NCBI GenBank assembly: GCA_045577985.1
Contig: JAZNJJ010000028.1
Span: 133,403 to 197,402, forward strand
Origin: Alphaproteobacteria bacterium
GTDB lineage: Bacteria; Pseudomonadota; Alphaproteobacteria; RF32; CAG-239
Direction of reading: 5' to 3'
DNA length: 64,000 nt
The notes under the pieces were generated by a model. That model saw only the letters and a list, made by a program, of their open reading frames with translations. It was not told where the DNA came from and did not search any database. The translations under genes and the position numbers were made by a program. Position 1 is the first letter of the stretch. Each line of letters starts with the position of its first letter. Positions 10,117 through 17,890 of the stretch are shown here, one piece after another.

Positions 10117-10884
10117 TCATAACTGGTGTTTTTTAACATAATCATTATGTTTATCTTTTTCCCAATGTACACCTTGTTTAATTGTTCTTGCCGGATTACC
10201 CGCTATAATAGTATATTCTTCTGAAAATGACTTTGTAACTACTGAACCATAACCAACAATGGTGTTATTGGGAATGTTTATTCCTTTCAATATACTGGAA
10301 TTTGCTCCTAACCATACATGATTGCCAATGCTTAAATTAGAAGATTTATTTATTATATTATTTTTATCATCTAAAATAACGTGGCTATCACTATTACGAA
10401 TATGTATGTTTATTGAACACATAACATAATTACCAATACAAAGATGAGTATTATCCTCTTCATTCCAAATTAAACCGCTACCAATGGAAAAATCTTCTCC
10501 TATTTGCATTAAACGATTATCACCTTTTGCAGACATATGAAATTTAGTATCCGAAGAACCAAATCGAGATTTTTCTTTCTGAAAAACATTATTTTTCCCG
10601 CGAATAAAAATTTCACAGTTGGAAAAACCACCAAAAGGACGTGCTAATTTAACGATATTATTTTCACCTTTAATGATGATTTTCAACCCATTTATTTTTT
10701 CATACCATCTGAGCTTTCGTTCTTTCCCATTAGGATTCAATATAATTATTTTATTATTTTTGCCGGAAATTTTATTGGGTGAAAATAAACTGAAAGATAT
10801 TGAACATAAATCTTCTCTATATTCCTTACGTTTTTTCTTATCTTTTATTTTATATGATAACAGTTTAGCCAAGATATAATTCAT
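10117..10884 (-). CDS. Hexapeptide-repeat (left-handed beta-helix) O-acetyltransferase
   Basis: IGNHVWLGANSSILKGINIPNNTIVGYGSVVTKSF...IIAGNPARTIK is an LbH acyltransferase repeat. RBS AGAGGTG. Its TGA stop directly abuts the TAA stop of the convergent lysozyme gene. Confidence 0.8.
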   Translation of the reverse strand: MNYILAKLLSYKIKDKKKRKEYREDLCSISFSLFSPNKISGKNNKIIILNPNGKERKLRWYEKINGLKIIIKGENNIVKLARPFGGFSNCEIFIRGKNNVFQKEKSRFGSSDTKFHMSAKGDNRLMQIGEDFSIGSGLIWNEEDNTHLCIGNYVMCSINIHIRNSDSHVILDDKNNIINKSSNLSIGNHVWLGANSSILKGINIPNNTIVGYGSVVTKSFSEEYTIIAGNPARTIKQGVHWEKDKHNDYVKKHQL

Positions 10885-10899
10885 GTTACACCTCTAAAA

Positions 10900-11036
10900 T
10901 GTCCGAAAAAAGGGATCCTTTTTTTCGGACATAAAAATTTTTTTAGCTTGCAATTTAATTTATTGATTTTATTATGAATTTGATTTTGATTTTTTATAAA
11001 AAAATGTCCGAAAAAAAGGATCCCTTTTTTCGGACA
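10900..11036. repeat. Paired-palindrome cassette, copy 1 (32-nt palindromes at 10900-10931 and 11005-11036)
   Basis: TGTCCGAAAAAAGGGATCCTTTTTTTCGGACA and its exact reverse complement TGTCCGAAAAAAAGGATCCCTTTTTTCGGACA, 105 nt start to start. The same 32-mer family recurs at 30037, 30144, 37313 and 37418. Confidence 0.95.
10948..10975 (+). promoter_or_regulatory. Sigma70-like promoter inside cassette copy 1, facing prepilin-like gene 1
   Basis: TTGCAA (10948-10953), 16 nt, TATTAT (10970-10975). The block CTTGCAA-N7-TATTGATTTTAT is conserved in cassette copy 2. Confidence 0.55.
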
Positions 11037-11053
11037 ATGGAAAGGAGAATATA

Positions 11054-11698
11054 ATGAATAAAATGTGTAGAACAAATAATCAATCCGGTCGTTCAATGAT
11101 TGAAATGCTCGGAGTACTCGCAATTATCGGCGTATTATCTGTAGGTGGTATTGCCGGATACTCTAAAGCGATGATGAAATTTAAAATCAATAAAACTATC
11201 GACCAAATATCACAAATGGTGGCAAATACAAGAACTCTTTATGCCAGACAAAGAAATTATGGTAATTTGAGTGGAAAAGTAGCATATAAAGCAAATTTGG
11301 CACCGAGAGAAATGTTTGAAGGAGGTTCCGGAGATTATAGTATGACCAATGCTTTTGGTGGTTATGTTTATATTTTTAGTACAGGAAGAAAAAATGATGG
11401 GGATAATAGAGCTTTCGGTATTACTGTTGACGGTTTACCGGAGGAAGCATGTATTGAATTAGTTACGCAAGATTGGGGAGACACTTCTTCATCTGGTTTA
11501 CTTTCTGTAGGTATTAATTCCGGAGTAATACTTGGGGCTTATGAGGGATGTGATGGACAATCTGCAACTTGGGAAACATATGCTTGTCCGAATGGAAATA
11601 ATGTTGCAACTCCCATGCCTATTGATGTAGCGGTAACCGGTTGTGATGCTTGTTCTTCTCTATATGGTAGTTGTTCGCTATCTTTGAGATTCTACTAA
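11054..11698 (+). CDS. Prepilin-like protein 1 (type IV pilin / pseudopilin class N-terminus)
   Basis: NNQSG|RSMIEMLGVLAIIGVLSVGGIAGY is a class III leader: a short basic leader, Gly, Glu at +5, then a hydrophobic helix. The C-terminal half is Cys-rich. AAGGAG RBS. It is a paralogue of 37468-38073. Confidence 0.7.
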   Translation: MNKMCRTNNQSGRSMIEMLGVLAIIGVLSVGGIAGYSKAMMKFKINKTIDQISQMVANTRTLYARQRNYGNLSGKVAYKANLAPREMFEGGSGDYSMTNAFGGYVYIFSTGRKNDGDNRAFGITVDGLPEEACIELVTQDWGDTSSSGLLSVGINSGVILGAYEGCDGQSATWETYACPNGNNVATPMPIDVAVTGCDACSSLYGSCSLSLRFY

Positions 11699-11712
11699 TG
11701 ATTATTGACTTC

Positions 11713-11746
11713 AAAAAAAACTCGGAATATTCATTCCGAGTTTTTT
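11713..11746. terminator. Bidirectional intrinsic terminator (prepilin-like gene 1 / proS)
   Basis: A8, then CTCGGAAT-ATTC-ATTCCGAG, then T6. Confidence 0.8.
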
Positions 11747-11767
11747 ATTTTTTGAGATTTCTATATC

Positions 11768-13285
11768 TTAGTATGATCTGGCATAAATTACATCCATTGT
11801 GGCATCTTTGCCGGTTAATAAGCATTTTCCGGTTGTACCACTTTGATCAAACGGAACACAACGAATTGTGATACGCATAGATTTTAAGATTTCTTCAGTT
11901 GCAGAATCTCCACACCATTTACCTCTTACAAAGGCTACTTTTCCCTCTTTACCATCTTCAATCCATTCGTTGGAATTAGCAAAGTATTCTTTGAATTGTT
12001 CAGGTGTTGTGATATCTGTTCTGACATTTGTATTCATTCTATCTTTTGCTCGTCTAAACATTTCATTTTGTAAAAATTCTAAACGATCAGAAATTGTAGA
12101 TACAAACTCTTCAACCTTCATAATTTTTTTGCCTTCAGGTTGACCAAAGAAAATACGCTCTTTAACCATTAGGCCATTATTTTCAATATCACGAGCACCA
12201 ATTTCACAAACAACTGGAGCACCTTTTCTTACCCATTCCCAAACTTTATCAACACTTGCTTTATCTCGTGAATCAACTTTAGTACGAATTTTTTCACCAA
12301 AAGCTGTTTTATTTTTTAATTCTGACTGAAGTTTGGTAATATACTCCATAATCTTTTGTGCATCATCATTCTTTTTAATTAAAGGAATAAATACAACCTG
12401 ATATGGAGCAATTCTTGGAGGAACAACCATGCCTTCATCATCAGCGTGGCTCATAATTACACCACCGATTAAACGTGTAGAAACACCCCATGATGTTGTA
12501 TATGCATATTCTTGTTGATTATCAGAATTTACGAATTTAATATCTGCTGATTTCGCAAAGTTTTGACCAAGATAATGTGATGTTCCTGCTTGCAAAGCTT
12601 TTCCATCTTGCATCATTGCCTCTATGCAATATGTATCAATTGCTCCCGGAAATTTATCATATTCAGGTTTCTTACCTACAATCACAGGCATTGCCAATGC
12701 GTTTTCAGCCATATCTTGATATACTTCAAGCATTTTTGTTGTTTCTTCAACGGCTTCTGGCTCGTTAGAATGTGCAGTGTGTCCTTCTTGCCACAAAAAT
12801 TCACGTGTACGCAAGAATAAACGTGGACGCATTTCCCAACGAACAACGTTCGCCCACTGATTTAACATTACCGGTAAATCACGATAGGACTTTACCCATT
12901 TTGAAAAAGAATCGGCAATGATTGTTTCACTTGTCGGACGAACAATCAATGGTTCTTCTAATGGAGATGATGGTTTTAGTTTTCCATCTTCATTCATTAA
13001 ACGAGAATGGGTTACAACAGCCATCTCTTTAGCAAAACCTTCAACATGGTCTGCTTCCTTTTGAAAAAATGATAATGGAATAAACATTGGAAAATAATAG
13101 TTTTCATGACCTGTTTCTTTTATTTGTTCATCTAAAACCCTTTGAATACGTTCCCAAATTCCATATCCCCATGCTTTAATAACCATACACCCCGGAGATG
13201 ATGAGTTTTCTGCCATATCTGCTTCAGAAACTACACTTTGATACCACTCTGGATAATTTTGTTTGCGTGTATTTTTTAACGCCAT
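11768..13285 (-). CDS. proS: Prolyl-tRNA synthetase, archaeal/eukaryote-like (Thermus-type) architecture
   Basis: 505 aa. YFPMFIPLSFFQKEADHVEGFAKEMAVVTH, RPTSETII, NQWANVVRWEMRPRLFLRTREFLWQEGHTAH, GKALQAGTSHYLGQNFA and a C-terminal ...RCVPF...ARSY ending in Tyr. Confidence 0.93.
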   Translation of the reverse strand: MALKNTRKQNYPEWYQSVVSEADMAENSSSPGCMVIKAWGYGIWERIQRVLDEQIKETGHENYYFPMFIPLSFFQKEADHVEGFAKEMAVVTHSRLMNEDGKLKPSSPLEEPLIVRPTSETIIADSFSKWVKSYRDLPVMLNQWANVVRWEMRPRLFLRTREFLWQEGHTAHSNEPEAVEETTKMLEVYQDMAENALAMPVIVGKKPEYDKFPGAIDTYCIEAMMQDGKALQAGTSHYLGQNFAKSADIKFVNSDNQQEYAYTTSWGVSTRLIGGVIMSHADDEGMVVPPRIAPYQVVFIPLIKKNDDAQKIMEYITKLQSELKNKTAFGEKIRTKVDSRDKASVDKVWEWVRKGAPVVCEIGARDIENNGLMVKERIFFGQPEGKKIMKVEEFVSTISDRLEFLQNEMFRRAKDRMNTNVRTDITTPEQFKEYFANSNEWIEDGKEGKVAFVRGKWCGDSATEEILKSMRITIRCVPFDQSGTTGKCLLTGKDATMDVIYARSY

Positions 13286-13295
13286 TTTATATCTC

Positions 13296-15680
13296 CTATC
13301 TTAATTCTCCGCCGGTTTTCTTGCCGACTTCAATTATAACTTTGTTCATTAAATTCTCAATATCTTTATCAGTAAATGTTTGCTCTACCGGTTGGAATGT
13401 TAAACCTATTGCTACAGATTTTTTCCCTTGAGGTAAATGTTCTCCTTCATAAACATCAAAAATTCTTACGTCTGTTATATGATTCCTATCTGCATTTTTG
13501 GCTGCTGAAATAATTGTGGCAGCGTTAACATTTTTATCAACCACAAAAGCTAAATCTTTATCTACCGGTTGGAATTGAGAAAGTTCTAACTTTTTGCGAG
13601 CTTTTCCTTTTGAACCGCGAGGTAATGGAATATTGTTTAAGTTAACCTCAAATGCGACAACTCTTGTTTTTATATCCAAAGCTTTTAATACGCTAGGATG
13701 AATTTCGCCAAAATAAGCCATTACATTTTTACCCAAACGAATTGTTCCTGAACGTCCGGGATGATAATATGACGGAGCATCAGTTGTTATTTGCGGATTT
13801 TCAATCGGTCCGTTAGCTGCGGCTATTGCGCATAAAGCATCAGCTTTAGCATCAAATACATCATATTCTCGTGAATATCCTGTCCAATCTTTTTTTGAAG
13901 TTAAACCCGCTCTAACACCGCTGGCAGACATCACTTGTTCCTGTGGATTGCGACCATAAAATTCAGGACCAACTTCAAATAAAGCTACATTTGAATATCC
14001 TCTTGCTATATTATTTCTGATTGCAGTCAATAAGTTCGGCAAAATAGACGGACGCATTTCATCTAACTCTTTGACAATTGGATTTTGCAATAAAATGGCC
14101 TCTTGATTTTTGCGGAAATATTTAGCAACAGAACTATCGGCAAAACTCCATGTAACCGTTTCATACATCCCTCGTGATGCAAGTTCATGTTTTACAATTA
14201 ATGCATTATGTTGTTCTGCACTCAATGTTTCTTTAGGAAATGTATTTGAAGGCATGGATATGGCAGGAATTTCATCTAAACCAATCATACGAACAATTTC
14301 TTCAATTAAATCGTGTTCACCTTCAATATCGCCACGCCAACTTGGAGAAACAGCCTTAATTTGACCATTTTCAAAAGATACCTTAAATCCTAAATTTTGT
14401 AAAATCTCCATTGATTTTTCTGCTGAAACAGGCATACCAATAAATGTTTCCAATCTTTCAGGACGTAAATATGCTACTCTTTCTTGACACTCTTCTGAAC
14501 CAACAACAACTAAATCAGATGCTTCTCCACCGCAGATATCTAATATCATAGATGTAGCATAATCTGATCCACTGATATTTGATTTAGGATCAACCCAACG
14601 TTCGTATCTATAGCGAGAATCGGAATCAATTTGTAAACGTCTACCGGTGCGAGCAATACATTCAGGTTTAAATAATGCACATTCAAGCAAAACGTTTGTT
14701 GTTTCTGCCGAACAGCCTTTTTCTAATCCACCCATAACACCACCCAAGCATTGTACTCCGTTATCATCACAGATACCTAGATTTTGGTCGTTTAATTCAT
14801 ATTCTTTTTCATTTAAGGCTACAAATTTTTCACCATTTTGTGCCATTTTAACAACAATATTACCACTGATTTTATCTGCGTCAAAAACGTGCAATGGACG
14901 AGCCATATCATAATTGATATAATTTGTTATATCTACTAGTGGAGAAATAGAATGTATACCAATGGCGTTGAGTCTGTCTTTCATCCATTTTGGTGTTTCA
15001 GCCTTATTATTTACATTTTTAATATAACGAGCTGTATATGTAGGACATTCTGTAGGACATTCAACACTAACTTTGATTGGATTTGTAAATTTAGCTTCAA
15101 CTTTAGAGATATTAAGTGGTTTAAGCTCACCTAATCCGGCTGCAGCTAAATCACGAGCAATTCCTCTTACTCCTAAGCACTCAGCTCTGTTTGGAGTAAT
15201 GGAAACTTCAATCACCGGGTCAATATTCAATATTTCAGTAGCAGGTCTGCCAATTGGTGTATCTGCTGATAATTCAATTATACCGGTGTGATCTTCTCCT
15301 ATGCACATCTCTTTTTCAGAACACATCATTCCACAGCTATCTACACCACGGATTTTTGTTTGTTTTAGGCGTTCGTTATATAGTGGAATTAATGTACCAG
15401 ATGGAGCAAAAATACCTATCATGTTTAATTTAACATTTGGAGCTCCGCACACTACCTGAAATTTTTCTTGTCCGTTGTTTACGGTTAAAATGTGTAAATG
15501 ATCAGAATCTGGATGCATTTCAACACTTTCAACTTTAGCTGTGATAAAACCGTCTAATTGAGAAGCAGGATTAACAACTTCTTCAACCTCTAAACCAATA
15601 CGTGTCAATGTTTCGCTAATTTCATCAACAGATGCATTTGTATTTAAATGCTCTTTTAACCAAGATAATGTGAATTTCAT
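13296..15680 (-). CDS. pheT: Phenylalanyl-tRNA synthetase beta subunit
   Basis: 794 aa. MKFTLSWLKEHL N-terminus and a domain order typical of PheT. It overlaps the pheS stop by 4 nt. Confidence 0.95.
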   Translation of the reverse strand: MKFTLSWLKEHLNTNASVDEISETLTRIGLEVEEVVNPASQLDGFITAKVESVEMHPDSDHLHILTVNNGQEKFQVVCGAPNVKLNMIGIFAPSGTLIPLYNERLKQTKIRGVDSCGMMCSEKEMCIGEDHTGIIELSADTPIGRPATEILNIDPVIEVSITPNRAECLGVRGIARDLAAAGLGELKPLNISKVEAKFTNPIKVSVECPTECPTYTARYIKNVNNKAETPKWMKDRLNAIGIHSISPLVDITNYINYDMARPLHVFDADKISGNIVVKMAQNGEKFVALNEKEYELNDQNLGICDDNGVQCLGGVMGGLEKGCSAETTNVLLECALFKPECIARTGRRLQIDSDSRYRYERWVDPKSNISGSDYATSMILDICGGEASDLVVVGSEECQERVAYLRPERLETFIGMPVSAEKSMEILQNLGFKVSFENGQIKAVSPSWRGDIEGEHDLIEEIVRMIGLDEIPAISMPSNTFPKETLSAEQHNALIVKHELASRGMYETVTWSFADSSVAKYFRKNQEAILLQNPIVKELDEMRPSILPNLLTAIRNNIARGYSNVALFEVGPEFYGRNPQEQVMSASGVRAGLTSKKDWTGYSREYDVFDAKADALCAIAAANGPIENPQITTDAPSYYHPGRSGTIRLGKNVMAYFGEIHPSVLKALDIKTRVVAFEVNLNNIPLPRGSKGKARKKLELSQFQPVDKDLAFVVDKNVNAATIISAAKNADRNHITDVRIFDVYEGEHLPQGKKSVAIGLTFQPVEQTFTDKDIENLMNKVIIEVGKKTGGELR

Positions 15681-16786
15681 CGTGCTTGTCCTCCGTTATT
15701 GCTTAAACCACCTGTCATTGATGATATATCCAATGGTGTAAATCCGTAGTGTTTCAGCCATCTGACATCTGATTCAAAAAATGTTCTTAAATCAGGAATA
15801 CCATATTTTAACATTGCTAAGCGGTCTATACCCATACCAAAAGCAAAGCCTTGATATTCATTAGGGTCAATTCCGCCGGCTTTCAACACATTTGGATGAA
15901 CCATTCCGCATCCCAAAACTTCAAGCCAATCCGTGCCTGCTCCAATTTTTAACTCTGTTTTTGTTTTAAGGCATCCTATATCCATTTCAGCAGATGGTTC
16001 TGTAAATGGAAAATATGATGGACGATATCTAACCGGTAATTCATCCAGCTCAAAAAATGCCTTCATAAAATCATATAAACAACCTTTCAGATGTGCCATT
16101 GTTATGTTTTTATCTATAACCAATCCTTCTACTTGATGAAACATTGGGGTATGTGTGGCATCATAATCTGAACGATATGTACGTCCGGGAGCAATTATTC
16201 TGATTGGAGGTTGCTGTTTTTCCATTGTTCGAATTTGTACTCCGGATGTGTGTGTTCTGATTACATAGGCATTATCCATATCAAAAGGCTCGTTTGGATT
16301 ATTGTTAAGATAAAATGTATCTTGCATTTGACGAGCAGGATGATTTGCCGGCATATTCAATGCGTTAAAATTATGAAATTGATCTTCAATATCGGGACCA
16401 TTAGCTACCTCAAAGCCCATTTGACCAAAGATTGCAACAACTTCTTCATAAATTTTTGAAACCGGATGAATACGCCCTTGTGTTTCTGGTCTGATTGGTA
16501 ATGTTACATCTATTGTTTCTTTTGCTAATTTATCATTTAAGGCTTTTTCTTCTAATGTCTTTTTGTGTGTTTCTATAGCACTTTCTATTTCATTTTTAAT
16601 TACATTTAGAGTTTTGCCCATTGCAATTTTTTCTTCTAAAGGTAAAGCCCCTAACCCCTTCATTTGTTCGGTTAATTTACCTTTTTTCCCTAAAATTGAT
16701 ACTCTTATTTCATCTAATTCTTTTAACTCGGAAGATGTATTTATTTTATTTAATACTTCTTGTTTTAATTCATCTAAATTTTCCAT
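15677..16786 (-). CDS. pheS: Phenylalanyl-tRNA synthetase alpha subunit
   Basis: HPARQMQDTFY, FRPSYFPFTEPSAEMD and GFAFGMGIDRLAML. I moved the start to ATG 16786 (the track uses an upstream TTG). Confidence 0.95.
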   Translation of the reverse strand: MENLDELKQEVLNKINTSSELKELDEIRVSILGKKGKLTEQMKGLGALPLEEKIAMGKTLNVIKNEIESAIETHKKTLEEKALNDKLAKETIDVTLPIRPETQGRIHPVSKIYEEVVAIFGQMGFEVANGPDIEDQFHNFNALNMPANHPARQMQDTFYLNNNPNEPFDMDNAYVIRTHTSGVQIRTMEKQQPPIRIIAPGRTYRSDYDATHTPMFHQVEGLVIDKNITMAHLKGCLYDFMKAFFELDELPVRYRPSYFPFTEPSAEMDIGCLKTKTELKIGAGTDWLEVLGCGMVHPNVLKAGGIDPNEYQGFAFGMGIDRLAMLKYGIPDLRTFFESDVRWLKHYGFTPLDISSMTGGLSNNGGQAR

Positions 16787-16810
16787 AATCAGCAACCTTT
16801 AATTTTAAGC

Positions 16811-16841
16811 AAAATAAAAAAGAGTCAGCAAAGGAACTGAC
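16811..16841 (-). terminator. Hairpin + U-run between rplT and pheS (terminator/attenuator candidate)
   Basis: On the minus strand, GTCAG-TTCCTTTG-CTGAC followed by TCTTTTTTATTTT. Confidence 0.45.
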
Positions 16842-16882
16842 CTTCAGCTAACTCTTTTTATTTTAATGTGTTTGTATCGATA

Positions 16883-17242
16883 TTATTTCTTAAGAGCCGC
16901 TTTGGCAGTTTCTACCAACTTAGCAAATGCTTGGGGCTCCTTCAAAGCGATATCAGCAAGAACTTTACGGTCAAGCTCAATACCTGCTTTAACCAGCCCG
17001 CTGATAAATCGAGAATAAGTCATATCGTGAATACGTGTTGCAGCATTAATACGTTGAATCCACAAAGAACGGAAACTTCTTTTCTTTGCTTTTCTATCAC
17101 GGTATGCATATTGCAAACCTTTTTCAACTTTTTCAACTGCTACTCTAAATACATTTTTATTACGACCTCTATAGCCTTTCGCCATATCTAAAATTTTTTT
17201 ATGACGAGCATGAGCCGTTAAACCTCTTTTAACACGAGACAT
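16883..17242 (-). CDS. rplT: 50S ribosomal protein L20
   Basis: [27 protein letters not shown]. Confidence 0.95.
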   Translation of the reverse strand: MSRVKRGLTAHARHKKILDMAKGYRGRNKNVFRVAVEKVEKGLQYAYRDRKAKKRSFRSLWIQRINAATRIHDMTYSRFISGLVKAGIELDRKVLADIALKEPQAFAKLVETAKAALKK

Positions 17243-17254
17243 ATCCTATCCTCC

Positions 17255-17449
17255 CTAAATAAACGGTAAAAACTTTTTGATAAACTGATTGGCAGCATTG
17301 ATAATCATTGTGCCTCTAGCTTGTCTTTTTTGTTTAGTTGGTTTGTTAAAGAGAAGGTGTCTCTTGAACGAATGGTTTCTTTTTAATTTGCCGGTACCTG
17401 TAACGCTGAAGCGTTTAGCTGCGGCTTTTTTAGTTTTTAATTTAGGCAT
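17255..17449 (-). CDS. rpmI: 50S ribosomal protein L35
   Basis: [24 protein letters not shown]. Confidence 0.9.
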   Translation of the reverse strand: MPKLKTKKAAAKRFSVTGTGKLKRNHSFKRHLLFNKPTKQKRQARGTMIINAANQFIKKFLPFI

Positions 17450-17530
17450 TTTATTCCCTTTCTAATTAATTGGAATTAAACAAAAGCTGTCAGGCATGCC
17501 AATTTAGCCCGTACAACTCAAACAAAAGCT

Positions 17531-17559
17531 GTTATAACTTATATCTATTTTAAATTCAA
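17531..17559 (-). promoter_or_regulatory. Candidate promoter of rpmI-rplT
   Basis: On the minus strand: TTGAAT (17559-17554), 17 nt, TATAAC (17536-17531). Confidence 0.4.
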
Positions 17560-17717
17560 GTATTTTTTTATATTATTTAAATTTCTCTTTGATTTAAAGT
17601 AATATTTTATCTTTATTAAAAGTTTCTTTTATTTATCAATTTCTTAATAAGAGCTGAAACTCCCCCCCTTTGGGGTGGTTTTGTATTTTATTTTTCTCCC
17701 TTACTGCTCCTACCAAT

Positions 17718-17742
17718 AAAAAAAACCGCCTGATTGGGCGGT
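17718..17742 (-). terminator. Intrinsic terminator after tRNA-Lys
   Basis: On the minus strand, ACCGCC-CAATCA-GGCGGT followed by T9. Confidence 0.8.
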
Positions 17743-17750
17743 ATTTTTAT

Positions 17751-17827
17751 TGGTACGCGCGCGGGGATTCGAACCCCGGACCCACTGATTAAGAGTCAGT
17801 TGCTCTAGCCAACTGAGCTACGCACGC
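17751..17827 (-). tRNA. tRNA-Lys (anticodon CTT)
   Basis: On the minus strand: GCGTGCG-TA-GCTCAGTTGGCTAGAGC-A-ACTGA-CTCTTAA-TCAGT-GGGTC-CGGGGTTCGAATCCCCG-CGCGCGT-A-CCA. It folds as a cloverleaf with two G-U pairs in the acceptor stem. Confidence 0.85.
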
Positions 17828-17843
17828 ATGAACAACAAACAGT

Positions 17844-17872
17844 TTTATAATCTATTATATTTTTATTTGCAA
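17844..17872 (-). promoter_or_regulatory. Candidate promoter of tRNA-Lys
   Basis: On the minus strand: TTGCAA (17872-17867), 17 nt, TATAAA (17849-17844), about 17 nt upstream of the tRNA 5' end. Confidence 0.5.
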
Positions 17873-17890
17873 CACTTTTTTTTATTATTT

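Noticed and set aside
10900-11036. The repeated 32-mers with ~73-nt spacers could be flagged as mini CRISPR arrays (also at 30037-30175 and 37313-37449).
   Set aside because: There are only two repeats per locus, the spacers are far too long, and the repeats are full palindromes arranged as inverted rather than direct copies. No cas genes are present, and each locus sits in a 5' regulatory position.
10881-11123. Track ORFs 10881-11123 (-), 29863-30078 (+), 30113-30346 (+), 37407-37592 (-), and the first 17 codons of 37417-38073.
   Set aside because: Their only conserved strings (CPKKGIPFFGH, SEKKDPFFRT, VRKKGSFFSD) are translations of the palindrome in different frames and strands. They overlap promoters and RBSs of real genes.
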